64,000 nt of DNA from a virus: positions 21,783 to 85,782 of IMG/VR virus record IMGVR_UViG_3300039379_000022; one strand, 5' to 3'. Position 1 is the first letter of the stretch, and every line of letters begins with the position of its first letter. Positions 40,858 to 51,632 of this stretch are shown piece by piece. Under the pieces are notes generated by a model. The model did not search any database, had not been told where the DNA came from, and saw nothing but the letters and a program-made list of their open reading frames with translations. Made by a program: the position numbers and the translations under genes.

Positions 40858-41332
40858 TTTTCTCAAACTTTTTTATTATTGCAAGTCCTATTAAAATTGA
40901 TTCAGCTTCATCATCTGTAACCGTTATTCCAAATTCTTTCAAGACTAAATATATAGCCTCTTTTTTAAAGACTTCTCGTTTCTTTTTTCCTTGTTCTATT
41001 CCAACTAATTTTCTCCATTCCGTAGGCCGTATTGTGTTGAATTCACAATCATTTTTCATACAGTAAGCATATACAATACCTTGTAATCTTGTCAAGAATC
41101 GCTGCGTACTTGCATTTCTTTCGACAACGGTTTCCTCCATATAAATAATATATGGCTTATTTTTTTCCAAAAAGTTAAATATAAGTTTTGCCATCTCGTA
41201 AAATCGCTCATCCATATTGTTGATTGTTGAACAATCAATTAAATTTACTTCTTTGTATTCACCATTATCAAATACAGCCAGTGCTGTTTTTTTTGTTGAT
41301 GAATCGATTGAAATCATCCTACACACTTCCAT
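40853..41332 (-). CDS. RuvC-like Holliday-junction resolvase family protein
   Basis: 159 aa; acidic catalytic-residue pattern (IDSST...E...DDEAESI) typical of small RuvC-fold resolvases; RBS ggaggt. Confidence 0.45.
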   Translation of the reverse strand: MEVCRMISIDSSTKKTALAVFDNGEYKEVNLIDCSTINNMDERFYEMAKLIFNFLEKNKPYIIYMEETVVERNASTQRFLTRLQGIVYAYCMKNDCEFNTIRPTEWRKLVGIEQGKKKREVFKKEAIYLVLKEFGITVTDDEAESILIGLAIIKKFEKM

Positions 41333-41375
41333 GTTATTACCTCCATAAGTATAATGATGGATAATTTGTAAAGTG

Positions 41376-42191
41376 TCAAAAAAGAGCGGCCACTTTTTCC
41401 TTTTCTACATATCCTAACTGGTTTAGCTTTTCCCTTATATAGGTCTCAGCCATTTGTTCTCTCTTTATATATTCCGGTAATAACTTTTCATACTTTTTTT
41501 GTTGTTCTCGTTTTCTGTTATATTGAATTTCCGCCTTATTTACCAGATAATTATATTCTTTCTCTCTTTCACTGTATGTTTTTCGGATTGTTTCTTTTGC
41601 TGATTGACTTATAAATAAATAAAACCAGATATATGATAGCGCTTTGAATGATGGCCATTTTCTTTTAATATCCTTTTTCATAAGGTAAACTCTGTCTTTT
41701 AGTGTCATATTTAAATGACTTTTTAAATCGATAAGACATTTGTCTAATTTAGGTTCAGTCTTCTTAATCGTTTTATGTATGAATTCATGGTACGAATCAC
41801 GATAATTATGGATAACATATGTCTTATGATATAAATCAATCTGTGAAATAAGAAGTTTAATCCGTTTCTGTACATTTTCGCAATCTATATTCCATAACCA
41901 GAGATTAATGTGTGTTGGGTCGTCTATACTTATGCCAGCCAATATATCATTAGATAATATTCTACTTACAGCCTTCTTGATGTACTGATGCAATGATAAT
42001 CCGTTAATGTCGGTCACTCTATAATAGAGATTTAATAAGTCACACTCCTCAATTGTATTATCTTTTGTGCCGAACAAACTTGTAAAAACGAGTTCTGGAT
42101 CCATGTCAACCATCTCCAATATATCCAGATAAAACTTTGCTTCTTCTAATTTCATATTTTTATCCTTTATTATTTTGTCTCTACCTGCCAT
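41376..42191 (-). CDS. hypothetical protein
   Basis: 271-aa ORF. Confidence 0.4.
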   Translation of the reverse strand: MAGRDKIIKDKNMKLEEAKFYLDILEMVDMDPELVFTSLFGTKDNTIEECDLLNLYYRVTDINGLSLHQYIKKAVSRILSNDILAGISIDDPTHINLWLWNIDCENVQKRIKLLISQIDLYHKTYVIHNYRDSYHEFIHKTIKKTEPKLDKCLIDLKSHLNMTLKDRVYLMKKDIKRKWPSFKALSYIWFYLFISQSAKETIRKTYSEREKEYNYLVNKAEIQYNRKREQQKKYEKLLPEYIKREQMAETYIREKLNQLGYVEKEKVAALF

Positions 42192-42250
42192 AATATTTAC
42201 TAATATAATGTATTCGTTAATAAGATAATAAAAAAGAGACCTACGTCTCT

Positions 42251-43000
42251 TTATAAGTGCAACATTTTGTTAAATGCCTCCTTCGCTATAATCACTTCGT
42301 AATGTTCATCCATATAAGCCTTTTTTGCATGTGTAATATCAATCATGTCCACAAAATCTGCAATACTAAAAATCAGGTTATTATATTCACTTCTTTGCTT
42401 GTCGGTAAATGTGAGTAGTAGAATATAGTGTTTGTCATTTTTTAACAGTTCACTTTCTCCAGTAAACTCTTTATTATATTTTTTAAGTGTTTTGGTAATC
42501 TCATCAAGTGTTTTAAACTCAATACATACATGTCCGGTATACTTTATTTCAGCTGCCATCTGCTTAAGATTTGTCTTATATGTATAATACTGTTCATCCA
42601 TATATTCCAGCATTGCATCAGCTTCTGATTCATCTTCTTTTGAATCTTCTTCATCGATATCTTCTTCATCTGTAATTTCCTCCATGATTCCTCCAATACC
42701 TTGTAATAATGCAGCAAGTTCTCCCAGAAAATCTTCATGAAATATGTTCGCTCCCATCCCATTAATAAGGACCTTAATCTTCTTCTTATCATTATCAACT
42801 GACAAATCCAAATAGGCCTGTTCTTTAATATTCAGCATATTCGTATGTTCCAAGGCAACATCTATTAAAGCGTTCATAAAAGCCGTAGACTTTTCTGCGT
42901 CATCCATCAATGTATTGATATGTAAGTCCATGGTGCTTAATTCATCTTCAGTCAATTCGCATACAACCTGCATGTCATTTATTTTATCTATCTTCATCAT
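42251..43000 (-). CDS. MecA-like ClpC adaptor protein
   Basis: N-terminal MKIDKINDMQVVCELTEDEL (MecA: MEIERINEHT...); acidic linker; C-terminal HYILLLTFTD (MecA: RYYLYVDF). Confidence 0.45.
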   Translation of the reverse strand: MMKIDKINDMQVVCELTEDELSTMDLHINTLMDDAEKSTAFMNALIDVALEHTNMLNIKEQAYLDLSVDNDKKKIKVLINGMGANIFHEDFLGELAALLQGIGGIMEEITDEEDIDEEDSKEDESEADAMLEYMDEQYYTYKTNLKQMAAEIKYTGHVCIEFKTLDEITKTLKKYNKEFTGESELLKNDKHYILLLTFTDKQRSEYNNLIFSIADFVDMIDITHAKKAYMDEHYEVIIAKEAFNKMLHL

Positions 43001-43141
43001 TACTTACCTCCAACATCAATTCCTTTTGTTAATAGTATGCATGAAAAAAGTAAAAAGAAATGTTATTTCCAATCCACTTCGTTGTCCTTCAATATCTTAC
43101 ATACTGTATTTGTAAATAACATTTCGAAAGGACAAAATTAT

Positions 43142-44482
43142 ATGAAAAAAACTTATGTTTTAGATACGAATGTATTAATTCAGGATCCATTAGCACTCTA
43201 TAAATTTGATGACAACGAAGTTGTTATCCCAGATACCGTAATTGAGGAATTGGATCGGCTAAAGAAAAGGGAAGGTGATATAGGATACAATGCCAGAAAA
43301 ACAATCAAGGAAATAGAGCATATTAGAAAAACCGGAGATATACTGAATGGTGTAATCATAAATAACTCAGGCTTAATTCGGATTGAAACAGATTGTAGGG
43401 ATGTTGTCCTGCCTGAAGGCTGGGAAATGAATAAGCCAGATAACGATATCATTCGTGTAGCAAAGGGATTGAAAGCTAAAGGAAAGAATGTAATTCTTGT
43501 AAGTAAGGATTCCATTGTGAGAATAAAGGCAACTGTCCTGAATGTAGAAACAGAGGATTATGAAAATGAAATTGTTGATGAGGAATATTTAATATATAAC
43601 GGCCGCTGTGATTATGAAATTGATTATACTCTATTACAGGGATTCTATGCAGGAAAAGAAATCAATGTTCCTTTGGATGAACAATCCAATTTTAAAGAAA
43701 ATGAATTCTGCTTGCTAAAATCAGGCACAGCTACTGCATTAGGACGTTATACAAATGGAAAAATCGTTGCTTTAAAGTATGATAGTTCAACTCCATTTGA
43801 CATATCATTAAGAAACAATGGCCAGAAGTTTGCGGCTGAGGCATTACTTACCAGTGCGGATGAAGCACCACTTGTCATATTAAAAGGTGGTGCCGGTACA
43901 GCAAAAACATTTTTAACTTTAGCATGTGGGCTACAGAAAGTTGTTGAAGAAAAAGAATACCGAAAACTGCTAATTTCCAGAGCAAATGTGGCTTTTGATA
44001 ATGATATTGGAGCATTGCCTGGTGATGAGCAGGATAAGGTAGGACCACTCCTTCGTGGATGTATGGATAACCTTGAATTACTTATAGACAAAAAAAGTGT
44101 CCAGAAAGGCGGCCGGGAGGATGAACTACATGATAAGATTGCCGAAGTCTTTCAGCGAGGATACATTGATGCCCAAGCTTTGGGATTCTTACGAGGACGT
44201 TCTGTAACAAATCAGATTCTATTAATTGATGAGGCCCAGAATACTTCTCCAAACCAAATGCTTGGCATCATCAGCCGTGCAGGCGATGGAACCAAAATTG
44301 TTATCTGTGGAGATCTTGACCAGATTGATAATACAAAACTTGACCGGCATACAAATGGACTTGCTTATGCCTTACAGACTATGGTTGGATCACCACTTTG
44401 TTGGACCGTTGGTTTTACTGAGAAAGAAACCGTTAGAAGCAAATTAGCTACAGAAGCCATTAAACGTATGGTGAAAAAGTGA
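43142..44482 (+). CDS. PhoH-like ATPase with N-terminal PIN domain (YlaK-like)
   Basis: PIN YVLDTNVLIQDP...IPDTVIEELD; P-loop GGAGTAKTFLTLA; start refined to MKKTYVL. Confidence 0.75.
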   Translation: MKKTYVLDTNVLIQDPLALYKFDDNEVVIPDTVIEELDRLKKREGDIGYNARKTIKEIEHIRKTGDILNGVIINNSGLIRIETDCRDVVLPEGWEMNKPDNDIIRVAKGLKAKGKNVILVSKDSIVRIKATVLNVETEDYENEIVDEEYLIYNGRCDYEIDYTLLQGFYAGKEINVPLDEQSNFKENEFCLLKSGTATALGRYTNGKIVALKYDSSTPFDISLRNNGQKFAAEALLTSADEAPLVILKGGAGTAKTFLTLACGLQKVVEEKEYRKLLISRANVAFDNDIGALPGDEQDKVGPLLRGCMDNLELLIDKKSVQKGGREDELHDKIAEVFQRGYIDAQALGFLRGRSVTNQILLIDEAQNTSPNQMLGIISRAGDGTKIVICGDLDQIDNTKLDRHTNGLAYALQTMVGSPLCWTVGFTEKETVRSKLATEAIKRMVKK

Positions 44483-44485
44483 TTA

Positions 44486-44518
44486 AAAAAAGGTGTTCCT
44501 TCATGGAACACCTTTTTA
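44486..44518. terminator. bidirectional intrinsic terminator
   Basis: aggtgttcc-ttcatg-gaacacct hairpin plus T-run. Confidence 0.7.
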
Positions 44519-44538
44519 TTGATTGAATTGAAACGAAA

Positions 44539-44850
44539 CTAAACTGTAAATTGAATTTCCGTATAATGATTATATCCGCTTCTAATCTCATTCCCTGTTG
44601 GAATCCCTAACTTATTTTCCAAAACAAAATTTAAATACTTATCACTTTGGACATATGCGCATCTTTTAGTCTTTTTATGATTTGCTTCAGGAATGTTTGT
44701 CGTTAACACGTCCCAGTTTTCCCAATAACCATATTCTTTATTATAGTTGCGCATTATGATAGCATAATTTCCGTCAGAATAAGAAGTTTCCTCAAGTATT
44801 ATTCTGTATATATTTCCATATGCTTCTAAAATATATTCTCTTTCATCCAT
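44539..44850 (-). CDS. hypothetical protein
   Basis: 103-aa ORF. Confidence 0.35.
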   Translation of the reverse strand: MDEREYILEAYGNIYRIILEETSYSDGNYAIIMRNYNKEYGYWENWDVLTTNIPEANHKKTKRCAYVQSDKYLNFVLENKLGIPTGNEIRSGYNHYTEIQFTV

Positions 44851-44933
44851 ACTATATTCTCCCTTTTATCTTATGTACTTTTATTATGCTATAATTTCAT
44901 ATGTATAATGATTTTTGCTCTAATTTCAGCAAC

Positions 44934-44966
44934 AAAAAAGATGTTTCCTCTAGAAACATCTTTTAT
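44934..44966 (-). terminator. intrinsic terminator
   Basis: agatgtttc-ctcta-gaaacatct plus T6 on the minus strand. Confidence 0.65.
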
Positions 44967-44968
44967 CG

Positions 44969-45643
44969 TTACATATATAAATCATTAAATATCTCTTCTA
45001 TTTCTTTTGTACTCAACTTTTTTTTATTGGCCTGGTATGAATACTCTGCCATTTTTTCAAACCAAAGAATGTCATCTGTATCATGGATAGGAACACCATT
45101 TTTTTGAAACCATTCTTCTACTGTATATTGCTCTACATTACTATAACAGCATTTATATTCAGGTTCTTTTGAGTTAATTACATGAGTATCATTTATATAT
45201 ACAAACTGTTTCCCGACCTGCGAAAAGTTAATCGCTCTGCCAACTGGATATATTGCACATGTTCGTGGTCGCGCCTCATATATAGAACATTTTCCATTTT
45301 TTAAAAAAGAACAACATCCTGAATATTTGAATTTTAGGCAGCAAACTTTGAGTTTCAAATCATCGTCAAACGAAATATAGATGTACTTACCTATCATATC
45401 TTCTAAAGGCGTATTTGTATAAGATTCAATTCTCTTTATATCCGGTCCGGATAAAACTATTTCAGTTCCCTGAATTCCATTATGACGATATCTGCAGCAA
45501 TTTCCACAGCTATTGCATTTAAAATAAAATTTTTCTTCTGCATTTAATACTCTAGCGTCAAGATTGATTGGATCTTGCCTGAAACCGCTCATATATTTTT
45601 CACCTGTCCAATTTGCACCATTATACTTTTTGCAGTATATCAT
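44969..45643 (-). CDS. YkgJ/UPF0153-family Cys-cluster (CxxCxxCC) protein
   Basis: CNSCGNCC plus downstream Cys pairs CCLKF, SGCC, GKC. Confidence 0.5.
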   Translation of the reverse strand: MIYCKKYNGANWTGEKYMSGFRQDPINLDARVLNAEEKFYFKCNSCGNCCRYRHNGIQGTEIVLSGPDIKRIESYTNTPLEDMIGKYIYISFDDDLKLKVCCLKFKYSGCCSFLKNGKCSIYEARPRTCAIYPVGRAINFSQVGKQFVYINDTHVINSKEPEYKCCYSNVEQYTVEEWFQKNGVPIHDTDDILWFEKMAEYSYQANKKKLSTKEIEEIFNDLYM

Positions 45644-46194
45644 TATAATGTTTTATTGTCAACATTTTGCAAAATGGCAATGGCCCTATTTACATGTTCT
45701 TTTGATAAGCCTCCGTTTTTGTCATAGTAATTAGGCTGAATCCAATATTTTTCATATCCATAGTAGTCCCATGCATTATCCTCGTCATCCAAGATTACAA
45801 AACGCTTTACTTCAGGATGGCTGCATAACCATTGATGGACCTCTGCTGCTCTTCCGGTTTCTGGATTTATTTCTATTTTAGAAAGATCATCTAATGTTAA
45901 TAATGATACATCTCTTTTATCTGTAATTTCTACTTTAATATATGGAACTATATCACTGATTAATAAACCATATTTTTCTAAAATCCTTATTAGAATGTAA
46001 TATATCTTTGGATGGACATATGATCCATTTACGAATTGTCCTCGCCAGCTTGATATTAATACAATTTTTGAATCTGTCTCTTTTACAATTTCAGCTAACA
46101 GTTCGACCTTATTTTCATCAATATGCGCTGCCTCATGCTTTTCATATCCATCATAAGTGAGCACTCCATCAATATCCAAAAATACAATATTCAT
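45643..46194 (-). CDS. HAD-like hydrolase-fold protein
   Basis: N-terminal FLDIDGVL Asp-x-Asp motif; 1-nt overlap with downstream gene. Confidence 0.45.
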   Translation of the reverse strand: MNIVFLDIDGVLTYDGYEKHEAAHIDENKVELLAEIVKETDSKIVLISSWRGQFVNGSYVHPKIYYILIRILEKYGLLISDIVPYIKVEITDKRDVSLLTLDDLSKIEINPETGRAAEVHQWLCSHPEVKRFVILDDEDNAWDYYGYEKYWIQPNYYDKNGGLSKEHVNRAIAILQNVDNKTL

Positions 46195-46293
46195 CTTCTT
46201 CCTTCTTTCTTTTCATAATTATATATAGTATGGAACTTTTATATACCGCAAAATAGATACATTATAATTTCATTAATAAAGATAAAAAGGAGA

Positions 46294-46731
46294 ATGATTA
46301 TGCTCATTAAGAAACATACCGCAGATTGCACTACTTATTGGTTGAAAGCAAATTTTAAAAATAGGACTGCTTATACAGATATTATTCAGATTACCTTGGA
46401 AAAGCCTTGGCTGATTCCAAAGTATGAGGATGACTTTGGAGGATGGAAGGGACTGCGGTTATATGGTTGGCTATTCTTCTATTTTGGGCGTGTATATGAA
46501 GGTATGCTTATACCTATGGATTCGAAAGATGTAGATGTGAAGAAGCCTCTGGTTGATAAAAATGGAAATAAGTGGAGTCTTATACCCAAAGATAAGATAG
46601 ATGACTTTAAAGCTATCAGAAAGAATACAAGATTGGCTTTAAGAAGAAAGTGGAATATTACATATGAAAGAAACTATAATGACGATGGAACATATTCTAT
46701 AACTCAGATTATTCATGATTCTGTCGATTAA
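46294..46731 (+). CDS. hypothetical protein
   Basis: 145 aa, RBS aaaaggag. Confidence 0.4.
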   Translation: MIMLIKKHTADCTTYWLKANFKNRTAYTDIIQITLEKPWLIPKYEDDFGGWKGLRLYGWLFFYFGRVYEGMLIPMDSKDVDVKKPLVDKNGNKWSLIPKDKIDDFKAIRKNTRLALRRKWNITYERNYNDDGTYSITQIIHDSVD

Positions 46732-46741
46732 TATATCACAA

Positions 46742-46768
46742 AGAAAAGAGCCTAGGGCTCTTTTTTCT
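46742..46768. terminator. bidirectional intrinsic terminator
   Basis: agagcc-tag-ggctct plus T6. Confidence 0.7.
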
Positions 46769-47414
46769 AATCTATAGTATAACACCAACTTTGTGGTGCC
46801 CTTTTTATTACTTCTCCCATACTGTTTTGAAAATCACTGATTGGTTTTCCTGAATCATATTTTTTGGGATTCGTTATCTCTATTGCGTATTTCCAATAAG
46901 ACGAATCATCCAGGTCATAGTACCCGATTTGCTTTGCCCAGGCATCACATGCTTTGCATAACTTGTCTGCTTTCTCATGCAGCTGATTAAATCTTGCCGG
47001 AGAATATCCTCTGTACATATTCGATAGGATATCCGGCACATCATGGGTAGTCTTCATATAATCCAGTGATTTCTGGTCGTATAAATAGTTCAGTACAATT
47101 GATTCGTCATAGTCATTAAGGCTGATTCCCATTGCCAATTTTACCATATTCTTATCTTCTTCTGTCCCAAACTTTTCAACATAGTATGGCAGTATGAAAT
47201 ATGTTCCAGTTTTGTGATATGGAATTTTCTTTATATCTTTGATTGTGAAATATCCGATAACAGCTCCGGCTCCATGATTTTTTTTGGTTTCATAAACATG
47301 GATACGGTCACCAGTCTGAATTTTATTTCCAATCGAATTCCTAAATTCAAGAGATTTCGTTCCATCAAAAATCAATTTGGTGAATTCATGGTGAATCGAA
47401 TAGATTGCATTCAT
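46767..47414 (-). CDS. ASCH-domain protein
   Basis: N-terminal IYSIHHEFTKLIFDGTKSLEFR beta-barrel ASCH pattern. Confidence 0.5.
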   Translation of the reverse strand: MNAIYSIHHEFTKLIFDGTKSLEFRNSIGNKIQTGDRIHVYETKKNHGAGAVIGYFTIKDIKKIPYHKTGTYFILPYYVEKFGTEEDKNMVKLAMGISLNDYDESIVLNYLYDQKSLDYMKTTHDVPDILSNMYRGYSPARFNQLHEKADKLCKACDAWAKQIGYYDLDDSSYWKYAIEITNPKKYDSGKPISDFQNSMGEVIKRAPQSWCYTID

Positions 47415-47416
47415 AC

Positions 47417-47992
47417 TTAACCTTCTTTCTGCTTAAAAACATCGTTATACAAAGTTTTAAGCTCCTTATATTCCTCCAAATAATCAAACGGTTCTAAGAT
47501 CCTGATAATTTCTCCGTAATACCAGGCATGTTTATCCTTATCTTTCTCATTAAAACGTTCCCACAAACTCTCGCATAAAACTGAATAATCGTCTTTCATG
47601 GCTCTTAAATTTGATAATTTGTCTGCAAGCAGAACCAGTTGGCTTTTTGCTTCCAAAGAAGTATAATGGTCAATTGACTCTTTCTTTCTGATTTCCCATG
47701 TTTCTTCTGATGGCAGTCCTTTACGTTTATTTTCTGATACATCCTTTACCATATTAGCAACATTCGCGTTGAAATTATTCATTACAAATTCATAATCAAT
47801 GTATGTATCCTCAATCGTGTCATGAAGAATTCCTGCTATGATGATATCATTGTTTATTGTTATACCAGAAAGTATAAAACCACATTCCATTAAATGCGTG
47901 ATATATGGAAGATTGCTGCACTTTCGATATTGTTTATCATGGGCCTTGGCTGCTATTTTAATTGCCTTATAAATGTAATCCTTACTTAACAT
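47417..47992 (-). CDS. RelA/SpoT-type HD-domain hydrolase (small alarmone hydrolase-like)
   Basis: AHDKQYRK...PYITHLMEC...GILHDTIEDT; ~190 aa; 3-nt gap to the ASCH gene. Confidence 0.55.
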   Translation of the reverse strand: MLSKDYIYKAIKIAAKAHDKQYRKCSNLPYITHLMECGFILSGITINNDIIIAGILHDTIEDTYIDYEFVMNNFNANVANMVKDVSENKRKGLPSEETWEIRKKESIDHYTSLEAKSQLVLLADKLSNLRAMKDDYSVLCESLWERFNEKDKDKHAWYYGEIIRILEPFDYLEEYKELKTLYNDVFKQKEG

Positions 47993-48062
47993 ATTCTTCT
48001 CCTTTAATATTTTTAACTCTATTATGCTAAAAATCCGAAAAAGATAAACAATGCTAATTCAC

Positions 48063-48093
48063 ACAAAAAAGAGCAGTTGTTAAATCTGCTCTT
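48063..48093 (-). terminator. intrinsic terminator of ftsH
   Basis: agagcag-loop-ctgctct plus T6 on the minus strand; stop codon lies in the loop. Confidence 0.65.
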
Positions 48094-49912
48094 TTTCCAG
48101 TAGTTCCATGAATTCCTTTCCAGTTATTGTTTCATGTTTGATTAAGTGTTCTGCCAAATCATCCATCTCCTCTCTATGTTCCTGGATGATGGTTTTCGCC
48201 TTTTCATAAGAATCCTTTAATATCCGCATTACTTCTTCATCAATTTTCTCGGCCATTCCCGGACTGCAATTTAAAGTTGTTCCATTTGACAGATATGGAT
48301 TTTCATGATCGACCAGTCCAATCAAACCAAATTTATCACTCATACCATATTCAGTAATCATCGATTTTGCCAACTTCGTGGCTTTTTCGATGTCATTGGA
48401 AGCACCTGTTGTAATGGAATTAAATACAACTTCCTCTGCAGCCCTTCCTGCCAGCGTTGTAATAATCATTTCTTGTAATTCATTTTTTGTGTGTAGGTAA
48501 CGTTCTTCCTCAGGCGACTGCATGACAAATCCCAATGCACCCTTTGTTCTTGGAATAATTGTGATTTTCTGAATCGGTTCTGTATGTTTCTGCAATGCCG
48601 TGACTAATGCATGGCCGATTTCATGGTATGCAACTATCCTTTTTTCATCTTCACTTAACACCCTTGTTTTCTTTTCCTTTCCAACAAGTACAATTTCAAT
48701 TGCATTCATGAGATCCTTTTGAGAAACGGTTATATTTCCTCTTTTTACAGCATCAATCGCAGCTTCATTGATTATATTTTCAAGGTCAGCACCAGAAACT
48801 CCAGATGTTGCAAGAGCAACCTTTTCAAAATCCACATCATCCGATAATTTGACGTTTTTAGCATGCACTTTTAAAATGTCAATGCGCCCTTTTAAATCAG
48901 GTACATCTACAATAACGCGGCGGTCAAATCTTCCTGGTCTTAACAATGCTTTATCCAAAATTTCAGGCCGGTTTGTAGCACCAAGGACTACAATTCCTTT
49001 TGAGGCGTCAAAGCCATCCATTTCAGATAGCAATTGATTTAATGTATTTTCCCGTTCGTCGTTTCCATTCTTGGTGTCCCTTTTTCTTCCAATCGCATCA
49101 ATCTCGTCAATGAATATGATACATGGTGCATTTTTCTTTGCCTGCTTAAACAGATCACGGACACGTGAAGCTCCAACACCTACATACATCTCAACAAATG
49201 AGGAACCTGTAAGCGAATAAAAAGGGACTCCCGCTTCTCCAGCCACTGCTTTCGCCAGTAATGTCTTACCTGTACCTGGAGGACCCACTAATAGTGCACC
49301 TTTTGGAAGCTTAGCTCCGATTTCATTGTACTTTTTTGGATTATGTAAAAAATCAACTAACTCTGCAAGTGATTCCTTTGCTTCGTCTTCTCCTGCAACA
49401 TTTGCGAATGTAATTGTTTGCTCCGATGGTTTATACTCTTTTGCATTGGAATTAGCTGCACTCATAATCCCATTTTTCCCAGACAACATTTTTTTATAGA
49501 ACACAATTAATATGATTAATGGAAGAAAATTAAGTAAAATACTAAAGAAAATACTATTTGGTGAGTATACATCTTCAAATGATACTCCGCTTTCAATTAA
49601 CCGGTTGACTAAATCAGGATCATCAAACTTTCTGGTTTGATATTGAGTAACTATTCCATCTTGCGCCTTAGTCTGTGCAATAATATAATCGCCTTTCACT
49701 TTAACACTTTCAATATTGCTACTATCAATTTGCTGTAAAAATTCGTCATATGTGATCTCCTCGGTTTTTACATTTCTGAATAATGTGTTTGACATATTCA
49801 TAATTGTTAAAAAGATGAATATGATTAAACATGTTTTTAATACTGATGGCTTTTTCATTGAGTTTTTCTTGTCTCCTTTTCTCTTATTTTCCTTATCTGA
49901 ATTAGTATGCAC
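48080..49912 (-). CDS. ftsH: ATP-dependent zinc metalloprotease FtsH
   Basis: AAA+ [22 protein letters not shown]; HEIGHAL zinc motif; N-terminal TM; annotated start is GTG, ATG alternative at 49858. Confidence 0.9.
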   Translation of the reverse strand: MHTNSDKENKRKGDKKNSMKKPSVLKTCLIIFIFLTIMNMSNTLFRNVKTEEITYDEFLQQIDSSNIESVKVKGDYIIAQTKAQDGIVTQYQTRKFDDPDLVNRLIESGVSFEDVYSPNSIFFSILLNFLPLIILIVFYKKMLSGKNGIMSAANSNAKEYKPSEQTITFANVAGEDEAKESLAELVDFLHNPKKYNEIGAKLPKGALLVGPPGTGKTLLAKAVAGEAGVPFYSLTGSSFVEMYVGVGASRVRDLFKQAKKNAPCIIFIDEIDAIGRKRDTKNGNDERENTLNQLLSEMDGFDASKGIVVLGATNRPEILDKALLRPGRFDRRVIVDVPDLKGRIDILKVHAKNVKLSDDVDFEKVALATSGVSGADLENIINEAAIDAVKRGNITVSQKDLMNAIEIVLVGKEKKTRVLSEDEKRIVAYHEIGHALVTALQKHTEPIQKITIIPRTKGALGFVMQSPEEERYLHTKNELQEMIITTLAGRAAEEVVFNSITTGASNDIEKATKLAKSMITEYGMSDKFGLIGLVDHENPYLSNGTTLNCSPGMAEKIDEEVMRILKDSYEKAKTIIQEHREEMDDLAEHLIKHETITGKEFMELLEKEQI

Positions 49913-49954
49913 AATTCTCTCTTTAAATAATGAAAAAGGATCTATTGACCCTTT

Positions 49955-51598
49955 TTAATGTGAATTCTGTTCTTCCATATTTATAGTTTCTTCTGTTGGC
50001 ATATATTCATATCCTGGTCCAGATTTACTTTTTTCAATCCACGTCCCATCAATCAACTGAACCATTTCCTCTGTCGGCTCAGACTCTGTTCCTTCTATTA
50101 GCATTTCTGATTCAGGTGGAACTTCTTCTAATGGTTCCACTGGCTCTGATTCTAAATCTGCTACTGAAGAACTAGCTATATCCAAATCCGTACTTTCTGG
50201 AGTGTATAATACTCTTCTATCCTTCTGGATTGTAGATACAATGTTTATAAATGGATTTCCATGCCATTCCACACCTCCTCCATAACTGATATCTGAATCA
50301 ATTGTTATGTATCCATATAGTAAATCCAATGCCATTTGTGGTTCTGCCTTTAGATACCTTTTTGTTGTACCCTTAAATGATTTTCCGACTTTTTGTTGTG
50401 CAAGTACTGTATTCCTTAATCGATATATGTATCTTATCATTTCTTCATCTGACATATCCGGTGATAGATTATTAATAAAGAGATTGGGCTGCGTTCCACA
50501 GTTTACATTAACAGAGAACATCGCGGCGGATACAGCAATGTTCCTCTCATCAAGATTAAATCCGGCCGAATTAAGTTTTTCCTCAAACCCGGCCCAATAT
50601 CGGTTTGTCATAAATTCAAGTTGATCTGTTATTGCCGTTTCATAATCAGCTTCCATCGCATCTAAGAAAGCATTGCCTATTACCTCATTTCTTTTTAGTT
50701 CAGGATTACCATTTCCATAATTTAAATAATCAGAAAAAGCGGGCCACAATTCTGGATGTTTACCATAAGCAAATTTCATGAAGCTCGCTAAATCATACCG
50801 ATAATCAAACTGACATATTCCATATGCACTACCATTGTCTCCATTTTTTACTGCTGCCATATTTGACATTCCGGAGGTTTCTCCAGCAATACATAGCATA
50901 TACAGTTCCGCAGGATATCCAGCGATATTTAATCCACTTAACTGCCCGGGTTCTGTATTTGGGTCTTTATTCCACTCGAAGTCATTATCATCATAGCCAT
51001 TTATCTGTGGTTCTTTCATATACACACCATCTTCATTGACATAATAACCATCTGGTGTTCGCTCATCAGCATACATCCGGCCATCTTCACCAAAATAAAA
51101 CCAGTAGCTATTTCCATCTTCCGATAGAATTTCTTTCCAACCAACTGTATATATTCCATCTTCTAAGTAATACCACACCTCATTATCGTTTATCCATCCT
51201 TCTTCTGAGGCTCCATCCGCACCAAAATAGTACCATTTATCAGAGGCTTCATCAAAATACCATCCCGTCTTCATATATCCATCTTCATCAAAATAATACA
51301 GATCGTTTCGTATTACTGCAAATGAATTTGTTACTGGTCTGTTATCCATATAATACTTTGTACCAATCTCGTCTACTTTAAAGCCAGTATATATTTCTAC
51401 CTTATGGTTCTTTATATTACTTGGTGTTGAAACATTTTTATCTTCCTGAATTGCATTTGAAGAAGATGCCGTTATTATTTCCGTATCCGCTTTTAATGTG
51501 TCTTGAATTTCTGCAGACGATAATATGGTAGTCCCAAGTATTATGATTAGTAAAATGGTTATACTGCTCTTTTTCTTTATGATATCCTTGTAATCCAT
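49955..51598 (-). CDS. secreted protein with cell-wall-binding repeats and C-terminal putative glycoside-hydrolase/lysozyme-like domain
   Basis: signal peptide; choline-binding-type repeats; C-terminal region with IAGETSG...AYGICQFDYRY. Confidence 0.45.
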   Translation of the reverse strand: MDYKDIIKKKSSITILLIIILGTTILSSAEIQDTLKADTEIITASSSNAIQEDKNVSTPSNIKNHKVEIYTGFKVDEIGTKYYMDNRPVTNSFAVIRNDLYYFDEDGYMKTGWYFDEASDKWYYFGADGASEEGWINDNEVWYYLEDGIYTVGWKEILSEDGNSYWFYFGEDGRMYADERTPDGYYVNEDGVYMKEPQINGYDDNDFEWNKDPNTEPGQLSGLNIAGYPAELYMLCIAGETSGMSNMAAVKNGDNGSAYGICQFDYRYDLASFMKFAYGKHPELWPAFSDYLNYGNGNPELKRNEVIGNAFLDAMEADYETAITDQLEFMTNRYWAGFEEKLNSAGFNLDERNIAVSAAMFSVNVNCGTQPNLFINNLSPDMSDEEMIRYIYRLRNTVLAQQKVGKSFKGTTKRYLKAEPQMALDLLYGYITIDSDISYGGGVEWHGNPFINIVSTIQKDRRVLYTPESTDLDIASSSVADLESEPVEPLEEVPPESEMLIEGTESEPTEEMVQLIDGTWIEKSKSGPGYEYMPTEETINMEEQNSH

Positions 51599-51632
51599 AT
51601 ATTCCTCCTATGTTTTTATAATGAAAGGAATT

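Noticed and set aside
42544-42798. 84-aa ORF nested inside the mecA-like gene
   Set aside because: Alternate-frame ORF within a better-supported gene.
39030-47500. Prophage, suggested by RuvC-like resolvase, PhoH-like ATPase, HD and ASCH proteins
   Set aside because: No integrase, terminase, portal, capsid, tail or lysis-cassette genes and no att-like repeats; the genes are better read as chromosomal.
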